A stretch of DNA of 64,000 nt from a phage. Positions within the stretch are counted from its first letter, which is position 1. Each line of letters opens with the position of its first letter. Made by a program: the position numbers and the translations under genes. The DNA lies in sequence record OZ335964.1, one strand, 5' to 3'. Of this stretch, positions 35,940-43,385 are shown piece by piece. The notes below the pieces were generated by a model. That model did not search any database and had not been told where the DNA came from. It saw nothing but the letters and a program-made list of their open reading frames with translations.

Positions 35940-36158
35940 TTATTTATATCGCTTTCTCTCGCGACGTTTTTGATCTTCTTCCTTGATAGAGTTAAATGCA
36001 TCAAAAAGACACATGACACTGATAATGAACATAACCGTATTTTCTACGATATCCCACGGCTTCGCATCAGTACAGATCCCCCAAACGGTAAGAAATGCAA
36101 ATAGTGCAGAAGAGATCACAAGCATGATACTTGCTAAGATATAAAAAGTCATTTTCAT
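35940..36158 (-). CDS. small hydrophobic membrane protein
   Basis: 72 aa, TM helices, basic C-terminus. Confidence 0.45.
   Translation of the reverse strand: MKMTFYILASIMLVISSALFAFLTVWGICTDAKPWDIVENTVMFIISVMCLFDAFNSIKEEDQKRRERKRYK
35941..35948 (-). promoter_or_regulatory. T4-type late promoter motif TATAAATA on minus strand
   Basis: plus-strand TATTTATA; precedes the ORF-free 140 nt stretch ending at a terminator. Confidence 0.4.
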
Positions 36159-36337
36159 GGTTTTACCTCAATTCTTCGATATTCATCACACATCCACGCA
36201 GTAAGCAAGAATCCCAGCACATAAGCAACAAAATACGTTAATGCTTCTTCTGGTTCTGTGCTGTGTATCATCATTAAACCAGCTAGAACGGTCTTAACAA
36301 TTACATTTAAAATAATTAGCCACGCAAATAATTTCAT
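36155..36337 (-). CDS. small hydrophobic membrane protein
   Basis: ATG at 36337 in ATGA overlap with upstream gene. Confidence 0.45.
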   Translation of the reverse strand: MKLFAWLIILNVIVKTVLAGLMMIHSTEPEEALTYFVAYVLGFLLTAWMCDEYRRIEVKP

Positions 36338-36558
36338 CGTTTGCCCCATTTCGGTCGAGTCTTTTCAAACTTATACATTCCGTAACAATCTCGAATCATC
36401 CACGTAACAAGAGCACCAGTCAACACAGACAATACACAGAAGAAGTAAAACGGTCCGGTTGCATTATCAACATGAGCAAGCCAGGTAAAGAAAACACATG
36501 CTAAGAATGTGAAGAACATCATAAAACACAAGAAAGCAAAATATTTTATGCTACTCAT
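36334..36558 (-). CDS. small hydrophobic membrane protein
   Basis: ORF track starts with TTG; ATG at 36558 with GGTGG RBS. Confidence 0.45.
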   Translation of the reverse strand: MSSIKYFAFLCFMMFFTFLACVFFTWLAHVDNATGPFYFFCVLSVLTGALVTWMIRDCYGMYKFEKTRPKWGKR

Positions 36559-36661
36559 AGCGCCACCATACAACAGATCATAAGAAACCCCAACGCAATA
36601 AGAATTGCATCAAATTTAGTGAACTCAGGTCCACCTATCAACATCATTCGTTCCTGTTCAT

Positions 36662-36859
36662 TCATAGATCACAGAGCCATCTTAAAGCACCACATAAAGC
36701 GAGCAGAATACTAGGTATAAAAGAGACCAAAACAAGTTCGCAAAAATCATCTAAGGTAACACCGGAATAGCTACCTACTGTAACAACACCGATCATCAGA
36801 CACAGAAAGAAAACAAATGCAATCAGAAACAAAGTATTGCTAAACAGTTTAGTGATCAT
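36662..36859 (-). CDS. small hydrophobic membrane protein
   Basis: ATG at 36859 with GGGGTG RBS; longer track ORF would overlap upstream gene. Confidence 0.4.
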   Translation of the reverse strand: MITKLFSNTLFLIAFVFFLCLMIGVVTVGSYSGVTLDDFCELVLVSFIPSILLALCGALRWLCDL

Positions 36860-37052
36860 TAGACACCCCACGACGATCAATTTCAAAAACTTTTTTATCA
36901 TCAACGAAGCATGTCACAACTGCCTCGTTGACTTCCGCAAATTGTTGTGTTACCCACTTAAGGTCAGATCGAAACAATGTTTTGTTAATAACAAATGTTT
37001 TACCGCTCTTATCCTTACCCATAAATTTTGCTTTAACCATATCCAATTCCAT
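36849..37052 (-). CDS. hypothetical protein
   Basis: 67 aa soluble; AAGGTGATAAT leader. Confidence 0.45.
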   Translation of the reverse strand: MELDMVKAKFMGKDKSGKTFVINKTLFRSDLKWVTQQFAEVNEAVVTCFVDDKKVFEIDRRGVSNDH

Positions 37053-37061
37053 ATTATCACC

Positions 37062-37220
37062 TTATTTGCTAATCGCTAAACCCAATCCGAAGAGAGCACC
37101 CGATGCTACAGTATACCCGAAAGTTTCAAATGCAGTAAAGATATCTAAGCCACCAGCTAACAGAGTTGCAGTAAACAGAGTACCAGCTACGAACATAAAA
37201 GTTTTACCGATAAATTTCAT
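37062..37220 (-). CDS. small hydrophobic membrane protein (not in ORF track)
   Basis: 52 aa MKFIGKTFMFVAGTLFTATLLAGG...; GGAGAATCAAAATG leader; promoter-stem-loop upstream. Confidence 0.4.
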   Translation of the reverse strand: MKFIGKTFMFVAGTLFTATLLAGGLDIFTAFETFGYTVASGALFGLGLAISK

Positions 37221-37251
37221 TTTGATTCTCCTTTCGTTTGTTTGTGGGGGT

Positions 37252-37280
37252 ATCTTACTACCCCCGTTTCATGTTGTCAA
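37252..37280 (-). promoter_or_regulatory. sigma70-like early promoter with stem-loop (TTGACA-N17-TAAGAT)
   Basis: minus strand; hairpin GGGGGTA..TACCCCC. Confidence 0.45.
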
Positions 37281-37286
37281 CTGTTT

Positions 37287-37661
37287 TTAAGAAAATTTTA
37301 CTTCGTCTACAATGTCTTTCATGACATTGATTTCCATTCCGGTCAGAACACGTTGGAACATGTGCTGCACATACGCTTTCAGATATTCATTTGATGGCTT
37401 GCTATCAAAAGTCTTTTTAGTATAGTAGTCATCACCGAAAGCTACTGTAATTACATTTTCGTCGTCGTTCCAAGCGATATAAGCAAATTTGCCGTTATCC
37501 CAGAAGCGAGCACTAATTGCTACTTTTGTTGAATCGAATCCTACTTCGCTGTGAGATTCAAGAACTACTTGCGTGCCAGTTTCTTTATGAATGTAGTAGC
37601 GGGATACTAAGTCAAAGTTACGAGTGTAGTGACATTCGAATTTATCTTTAAACATCATCAT
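37287..37661 (-). CDS. hypothetical protein
   Basis: ORF track 37287..37730 overlaps promoter; ATG run at 37661 after GGAGAATCAAAA leader. Confidence 0.5.
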   Translation of the reverse strand: MMMFKDKFECHYTRNFDLVSRYYIHKETGTQVVLESHSEVGFDSTKVAISARFWDNGKFAYIAWNDDENVITVAFGDDYYTKKTFDSKPSNEYLKAYVQHMFQRVLTGMEINVMKDIVDEVKFS

Positions 37662-37698
37662 TTTTGATTCTCCTAGTGTGTTTCGTTTCGATATGTGC

Positions 37699-37728
37699 AT
37701 TATGATATAGTCGTTTATGGTTGTCAAC
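37699..37728 (-). promoter_or_regulatory. sigma70-like early promoter (TTGACA-N18-CATAAT)
   Basis: minus strand; directly after terminator of the Acb1-like gene. Confidence 0.45.
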
Positions 37729-37734
37729 ACCTAA

Positions 37735-37763
37735 AAACAAAAAACCCCGAAAAATTTTCGGGG
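37735..37763 (-). terminator. intrinsic terminator after Acb1-like gene
   Basis: CCCCGAAAAUUUUCGGGG hairpin + U-run on minus strand. Confidence 0.6.
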
Positions 37764-37770
37764 TATAAAA

Positions 37771-38235
37771 TTACAGTTTGGTCGTCCACTCCAGGTCTAG
37801 ATCTTCGACATACTCATGAGATCGGACAATCTCTAAATCGAACTCTAGGTCAGTGCCAAATTTACGCGCACCAACATCATAAGAAAGCGTGATATGCGGT
37901 ACATATTCAGGATAATCCCACGTCGCGCCTAAAGCAGTTCCGATATCGTGTCTGAATTGCATGTAGTCGCTTTCAAATGCCAGCACAAGTGCATTAGTAC
38001 CGGATTGAGTTTCAAACACTTTCAGATGACACAGAGAGCCTAAGAACTTTTCCCCTTCTTCTGGGATAAACGGAACATAGACACGAGAATATAAGATAGT
38101 GCTATGAAGTTTATCACGAGGAACGGCATTAGGCAGATCGTAGAACTCCTGCAATTTTTCAATGCGGTCTAGTGTATCCTCAGTGAATTTAACCGCCGCA
38201 TATGTACCTTTAACGGATTCTCGAAACGGGGTCAT
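37771..38235 (-). CDS. 57B: 2H-phosphoesterase-fold protein, Acb1 (gene 57B)-like cyclic-oligonucleotide phosphodiesterase
   Basis: two H-x-T/S motifs (KLHSTIL, VPHITLS); position immediately before 57A and gp1 as T4 57B; ATG at 38235 after GGAGG. Confidence 0.65.
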   Translation of the reverse strand: MTPFRESVKGTYAAVKFTEDTLDRIEKLQEFYDLPNAVPRDKLHSTILYSRVYVPFIPEEGEKFLGSLCHLKVFETQSGTNALVLAFESDYMQFRHDIGTALGATWDYPEYVPHITLSYDVGARKFGTDLEFDLEIVRSHEYVEDLDLEWTTKL

Positions 38236-38237
38236 AA

Positions 38238-38489
38238 TCAAGCCTCCGTGATCAGTTCTACTTCCTCTTCTGCGTCTTCGCCTTTAGGGAGAAGTGATTT
38301 CACTTCTTCGACAATAGCATCAAGGGAAACAGTGCCGTTTTCGTCTGGCTGAATACCCAGAATGCGTACCAGTTCCATCAATACACGCTCACGATCTTTC
38401 AGTTGGCCTTCTAAGAATGCGGCCTTTTCTTGAGTGTCAAACAGACGGACTTTCAGGACATTAATCATTTGTTCATGCTGATTGGACAT
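38238..38489 (-). CDS. 57A: tail fibre assembly chaperone gp57A-like
   Basis: 83 aa acidic coiled-coil protein directly before gp1, as T4 57A. Confidence 0.55.
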   Translation of the reverse strand: MSNQHEQMINVLKVRLFDTQEKAAFLEGQLKDRERVLMELVRILGIQPDENGTVSLDAIVEEVKSLLPKGEDAEEEVELITEA

Positions 38490-38522
38490 ATTCACATCTC
38501 CTACTTGTTGATAACTTTTTTA

Positions 38523-39179
38523 TTAAATGTTCGCGAGAATCGCGCTTTCAAATTCTTCTAATGTACCATTATTTATGATAATTGTTTCACCGTCAATAGG
38601 CACAATTCCTTTTTCGGTGGAGTGAGTAGATACAATACCAGTATCACGCTGAATATGCAACACCTTAGCACCCATAGAACGCATGAGAGCAATTTCAATA
38701 GGCTGGCGCACATCAACCACTACAAAATACCCTTCTTCATTTTTGCGCTTCATAAACTCATTCACGAAGAGATTACACCAATAAAGCGGATTGATCAAGT
38801 TAACCATTATATCAGTACCGAGAGTGGTTAACATGAGACGAATAGACCAGACGTTATTATGTTTTTCGCCGATCTCATTAACGACCTTGTAAATCTCAGC
38901 CAGACGATCACAAGTAAAGGAACTACCGCCATACTTCGAATCTAGCATAAGCAGACACTGAATAAACCACTTATGCGCGGTGTAGGTATCAATACCTAGA
39001 TCGGCTTCTCTGTCACGCCCTAACCCGTCAAAGTCAAGATAAGTCAGACCTAAGTCTGGTTGACATTCGCACAATATTTCTTTGATCGGTGCTGCCAGTT
39101 GATAACTATGTCCATCAATGATTAACGCGGCAGTGTCTTTTCCTACTCGCTTTTTACCACAAAGTGCAATCAATTTCAT
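38523..39179 (-). CDS. 1: deoxynucleoside monophosphate kinase gp1
   Basis: 218 aa; P-loop GKKRVGKDT; synteny 57A-1-3-2-4. Confidence 0.85.
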   Translation of the reverse strand: MKLIALCGKKRVGKDTAALIIDGHSYQLAAPIKEILCECQPDLGLTYLDFDGLGRDREADLGIDTYTAHKWFIQCLLMLDSKYGGSSFTCDRLAEIYKVVNEIGEKHNNVWSIRLMLTTLGTDIMVNLINPLYWCNLFVNEFMKRKNEEGYFVVVDVRQPIEIALMRSMGAKVLHIQRDTGIVSTHSTEKGIVPIDGETIIINNGTLEEFESAILANI

Positions 39180-39194
39180 TATATAAGCCTCTTA

Positions 39195-39785
39195 TTACTT
39201 TCTAAAAGCAGGGTGCATAGCTTTAATACCTTCCACCCGCTGACGATCCGCCGCCTGAATTGCAGGGCGAGGAACGATCAGTTGACCATCACGTTCAATG
39301 CTCATTGTTTTAAAGGGAAGAATTGCAGTACACACCAGAGATTCATGCATATCATCGGTGTATGTTAACTCAAGTTCCCCCAATTGTGAACACCAACAAC
39401 CATAAAAGTTAAAAGTGCACACAATGTTACGGCGTTCGTTGTCCATCATGTGAACTTGAACGGCTTCCGGCATTGAATCCTTCCACGCAGTGGAGTTACC
39501 GTTATTGTAGTCTACTATAGAAAGCATCCATGTGTAAAGGTTTAGATAGCTTTCTAGATGTTCATCGACAATAAACCGAACGACCAACGGGTCAAACTCC
39601 ACATGACTAGACGGATAATCAGCGACCGCCAAACCATATTGACCAGCAACTTGCTTAGTCGGTGGAATGGTTATAGCCGGAAGTGTAACACCTTGACAGT
39701 TTAAAGTAAAGCCTTTTGTTAGCTGTCCATCTGGAATATTGATCTGCCAGTTGCTAGGGTTAGCATAGTTAAAGAGATTAGACAT
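39195..39785 (-). CDS. 3: tail completion / sheath stabiliser gp3
   Basis: 196 aa; position between gp1 and gp2 as in T4. Confidence 0.7.
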   Translation of the reverse strand: MSNLFNYANPSNWQINIPDGQLTKGFTLNCQGVTLPAITIPPTKQVAGQYGLAVADYPSSHVEFDPLVVRFIVDEHLESYLNLYTWMLSIVDYNNGNSTAWKDSMPEAVQVHMMDNERRNIVCTFNFYGCWCSQLGELELTYTDDMHESLVCTAILPFKTMSIERDGQLIVPRPAIQAADRQRVEGIKAMHPAFRK

Positions 39786-39974
39786 TACTGATTCCTCAAA
39801 TGAAAATATTTATTAACAATTGTCGCTTCGCGACGTGCCGTAGGCACTGACTACTTTTTAACCGAAACAAATTTTTATTATTCTAAAGATCTTTCTTCGT
39901 TTTGGTTATGTTTTAACCAATAACTATATTTTTATACAGTAATAAATAAAACGGGTACTATACGAGGACTTCTT

Positions 39975-40229
39975 ATGACAGAAGACATTTTGTTAAAACT
40001 CTATGATCGTTTGGATAACGAATTAGCAACATTGCGGGGTGAAGTTCTCTATTTGTCTAAATGCAATACAGATCTGCTTAAGCAGATTGCAGAAAGGGAT
40101 GATCAAATAAAATCCCTTTCAGGTGCATTACGTGATCGCGACAAGGCATTAGAGATTTTACAGCGTGTTACCAATAAGGAAGAATTAAAAGACTTCTTAC
40201 ATGGTTATGCTCATGCTATCGATCTATAA
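39975..40229 (+). CDS. hypothetical coiled-coil protein
   Basis: 84 aa plus-strand ORF with ACGAGGAC RBS, convergent with the Zn-ribbon nuclease gene; shared terminator hairpin. Confidence 0.45.
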   Translation: MTEDILLKLYDRLDNELATLRGEVLYLSKCNTDLLKQIAERDDQIKSLSGALRDRDKALEILQRVTNKEELKDFLHGYAHAIDL

Positions 40230-40258
40230 TAAAAAAGCCCGTCAATGACGGGCTTAAT
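40229..40258. terminator. bidirectional terminator hairpin between convergent genes
   Basis: AGCCCGUCA..ACGGGCU hairpin; strong U-run on minus side, weaker on plus side. Confidence 0.55.
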
Positions 40259-40259
40259 G

Positions 40260-41402
40260 TTAACTATTGATCATATCAATGACGTTTTGTAGCTCTGATA
40301 TGGATAGCGTTTCTGTATATCCATCGGGCATATCTTCTTTACTAACATAGAAACCTTTATACTTTTTCTTTATTGCACATTCCATAGAAAGAGCATCATC
40401 ACCGTTATCGTATTTTTTATAAAATGTCAACTCATGACGAAATATAGATTTTGAAGATTGGTTTTGTATTCTTTTTATTAATCTGTTGTTGGTTATACCA
40501 AATTTTATAGCAACCGCAACATCTTCTTTGTATAAAGTTTGTACATAAATGTATGCAGGTTTATTCCTCTTAAATCCATGATTGCTACACATAGGGCAAC
40601 CGCTATTTTTTGATACGTAGTCTCCTAAGTTTGGCGTAAATTCATGTCCGCTACTACAACGCATTACCAATTTTGTTTTTAGCATTCCTCTATACTCACC
40701 GCCAACAAAATCAACAAATGTATCACCTTTATCAATCGCCTTATCTGTTATTTCCTTTACTACTTGCTCAGTTGACTTCTTGTTTTTACCTGAACATAGT
40801 TTACATCTAGATCCATTAACTAAAAACGAGTGACCAGATGCAGTATATTCATGTCCATTAGGACATTTAACTAAGATATTTCTTTCATAAAAATCTTTAT
40901 AATCAGACACATAGCCAATAACTTCGTGGTCTTTTTGGGCATTCCTCATCTCTGTTAGCAACTCTTCGCTATTCCAGCGTTTACCCTTAACGCAGAGACA
41001 ACCATGACCTTGATAAAGATATATAAATTTCTTAGTAAAGTTTTTGTTACAGTCAGGGCAGTGCATTAGTAATTCTGTCATTTGACCTGTATACCCTTTA
41101 GGAATATCGATCAATGTGTATTTTCCGCATATTGTCTTTAATGCATCATCTATTCTTTCTTTGGTCCAGCGTAAGCGACCAGTGCATTCATGACATTTTA
41201 CACCCAGTCTAAGAGTATCTAAACTAAATATAGTTGACGTATGTCCTTTATCACATTTTAACTTAAATCTAGTATCCTTTGCGTTGGTGTATTCTCCAAC
41301 TAGACCATACCATTCATAACCACATGGGATATGTTCTTTTACCTTCTCTAGATATACACCGAACGGTCTAGGAACTGAATTAGGTTTTCTTTCTTTAGTC
41401 AT
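40260..41402 (-). CDS. multi-zinc-ribbon protein with C-terminal GIY-YIG-like (T5orf172-type) nuclease domain; probable free-standing homing-endonuclease-like gene
   Basis: 380 aa; four about 45 aa Cys modules (CDKGH..CHEC, CPDC, CPNGH..CKLC, CSSGH..CPMC) then KPAYIYVQ...KFGITNNRLIKR; inserted between gp3 and gp2. Confidence 0.5.
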   Translation of the reverse strand: MTKERKPNSVPRPFGVYLEKVKEHIPCGYEWYGLVGEYTNAKDTRFKLKCDKGHTSTIFSLDTLRLGVKCHECTGRLRWTKERIDDALKTICGKYTLIDIPKGYTGQMTELLMHCPDCNKNFTKKFIYLYQGHGCLCVKGKRWNSEELLTEMRNAQKDHEVIGYVSDYKDFYERNILVKCPNGHEYTASGHSFLVNGSRCKLCSGKNKKSTEQVVKEITDKAIDKGDTFVDFVGGEYRGMLKTKLVMRCSSGHEFTPNLGDYVSKNSGCPMCSNHGFKRNKPAYIYVQTLYKEDVAVAIKFGITNNRLIKRIQNQSSKSIFRHELTFYKKYDNGDDALSMECAIKKKYKGFYVSKEDMPDGYTETLSISELQNVIDMINS

Positions 41403-41457
41403 ATTTTATATCCTGTAAATTAAAGCGCCGTCACCAGCGGCGCTATTTTTATAATCA

Positions 41458-42279
41458 TTAAAACAATTTCCACACCTTACGAGCATCATATTTCTTGTCT
41501 TTGCTCATAAACTGGTAGGTCGGAAGATACACGACCGTGCTCCAATCTTTTGGTGCGATCTCAATCAGTTTTGTTTGGATGTGTCCAGGCAAATATGCTT
41601 TGATCATGTGGTCTGCGCCTCTCATACCTTTAACATCACTCCATTTAATTTTTAAACGAGTTTTATTACTAAGAGTAGGTGTACTCGCGTATTGTCGCAA
41701 CAACGCTTCTAAGAACTGCTGGCGAGCTTTAGGTGGCGCATAGTGCAAGTTCAAACCTAGCATAATCTCGTTTCCCGCTTTAGATGTACCAAATCCTAGA
41801 CAGATAATCAAGGGGTATCGGTCAAAGAATGGCAAAGAATCCCGATATTTTGGGTTATACGCATAAGTATAGATCCGTCCCACTTGTGGTTTTACTACCT
41901 GATGACCTTTTACACCCGCCTTGATAGTCTTCATAAACCATTCTTGCGACTTCTCTTTAGGGCGACTCTTTGATACAGCACGCATAGACGCACGAAAATC
42001 ATTAATCATCATCATTGCGCGTTGCTGCTTATTGAGACCCTTTGCGCCTTTCCCTTTTAGTTTTTCAACTTCTATTGCTGTTTTAATTTCGCTGGCATAA
42101 CGAGACATACTTTTAGTGAAAGTTGCATAGGCTATTCCCTTAGAATCTGCAAATGCTTTAGCTGTCATGCCTTTGGCTTTTGCTTTCGCAAATTCTACAC
42201 CCAATTCGACCCACTGTTTAGACTTTCGTTTTTGGGGAGACGGCTTTTCGTCTTCTGTGATTATTTCAAATACGCTCAT
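41458..42279 (-). CDS. 2: DNA end protector protein gp2
   Basis: 273 aa; size and position match T4 gp2. Confidence 0.8.
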   Translation of the reverse strand: MSVFEIITEDEKPSPQKRKSKQWVELGVEFAKAKAKGMTAKAFADSKGIAYATFTKSMSRYASEIKTAIEVEKLKGKGAKGLNKQQRAMMMINDFRASMRAVSKSRPKEKSQEWFMKTIKAGVKGHQVVKPQVGRIYTYAYNPKYRDSLPFFDRYPLIICLGFGTSKAGNEIMLGLNLHYAPPKARQQFLEALLRQYASTPTLSNKTRLKIKWSDVKGMRGADHMIKAYLPGHIQTKLIEIAPKDWSTVVYLPTYQFMSKDKKYDARKVWKLF

Positions 42280-42290
42280 AATATTATCCT

Positions 42291-42764
42291 CTATTTGTTA
42301 AGCCCTTTAAAGCCAAATACTTTCTTTAATGCATGTTCGGTGATGATCTTAAACTCCATGTTATGCTTTTGGCATAATTTCACGGCAGCTAACCATTTTT
42401 CAGTATTTTTTGTGTACGTCCATACTTCATGCATATATCGTTGCTTTGTCTTTGCGGTCATTCTTTTTGGCTTTTCCGGTGGCCTTGTCTCTTTAGCTGG
42501 TTTAACTTCCCATAAATGCTCCTTGCCATCATCAAACTTAACGTAAAAATCCATAAAGTATCTGTGTCTTTTTCCGTCTGTTGATGACTCATAAGGAATT
42601 ACTACGGTCTCAGATCCCCATTTTGCAACTCTAGGATTGCGGTCTAGCCACTGCATGATCCATCTTTCCCAGCTTGAACGGTATGTGATCTTACGTATAT
42701 CCCCTTTATACTTTTCCTTATTCTCAGGAACATACTTACCCTTATAAGTGTTAGATCCTCCCAT
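42291..42764 (-). CDS. 4: head completion protein gp4
   Basis: 157 aa; divergent from gp53 as in T4. Confidence 0.8.
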   Translation of the reverse strand: MGGSNTYKGKYVPENKEKYKGDIRKITYRSSWERWIMQWLDRNPRVAKWGSETVVIPYESSTDGKRHRYFMDFYVKFDDGKEHLWEVKPAKETRPPEKPKRMTAKTKQRYMHEVWTYTKNTEKWLAAVKLCQKHNMEFKIITEHALKKVFGFKGLNK

Positions 42765-42779
42765 TTTAGCACCCTTTAT

Positions 42780-42787
42780 TATAAATA
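42780..42787 (+). promoter_or_regulatory. T4-type late promoter TATAAATA (upstream of gp53)
   Basis: exact TATAAATA 33 nt upstream of gp53 ATG. Confidence 0.6.
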
Positions 42788-42819
42788 CATAATACTATTT
42801 ATCAATTGAGGGTGCTAAA

Positions 42820-43374
42820 ATGCTCTTTTCTTTCTTCCCTGCCATTGAATACAACGGCAAGATGATTACTGACATTGTGCGCAATTACCGCGCATATTTC
42901 AACGCAATAATTTCTGATTATAACATACAAACATATTACATTCAAGGTAGTCCACGACCGGAACAAGTTGCATATGAAGTATACGGAAACCAACAACTTT
43001 ATTGGATCTTGCTGATGCTTAATGACGTATACGATCCGTTCCATGACTGGATCACCGATCAAGAGACAGCATATGAATCAGCCGAACAACGATATGCAAA
43101 CGTAGGAGGAAATCAAGTATTATACCACGTTGATATTGACGGAAACAAGTATTGGAATCTTACCGAATATCCGAAAGGATCAAGCAATTGGTATGATAAA
43201 GGGGATATTCATCACCGTTATTTGCAGTTTCATGGTGCATTATCGGCGGTAGACACACTGGAAGATGCGATCCTCCGCAATGAGGAACGACGCAAGATCA
43301 AGATCATAGATCCTACACAAATTAAACAATTTATTAACGCATTCATTCGAGAAATGGAAAAGGCTGATGTGTAA
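42820..43374 (+). CDS. 53: baseplate wedge protein gp53
   Basis: 184 aa; first gene of the plus-strand late module; TATAAATA upstream. Confidence 0.75.
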   Translation: MLFSFFPAIEYNGKMITDIVRNYRAYFNAIISDYNIQTYYIQGSPRPEQVAYEVYGNQQLYWILLMLNDVYDPFHDWITDQETAYESAEQRYANVGGNQVLYHVDIDGNKYWNLTEYPKGSSNWYDKGDIHHRYLQFHGALSAVDTLEDAILRNEERRKIKIIDPTQIKQFINAFIREMEKADV

Positions 43375-43385
43375 GGTGATTAATT

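Noticed and set aside
35794-35940. Possible tRNA gene in the ORF-free interval (T4 has tRNAs in this neighbourhood)
   Set aside because: No acceptor-stem pairing, no GTTC T-loop and no cloverleaf spacing found on either strand by manual folding; kept only as a candidate sRNA or structured UTR.
39786-39974. Possible tRNA or late promoter in the AT-rich spacer upstream of gp3
   Set aside because: Too AT-rich for tRNA; only AATAAATA variants are present, not exact TATAAATA; hairpins noted but function unassigned.
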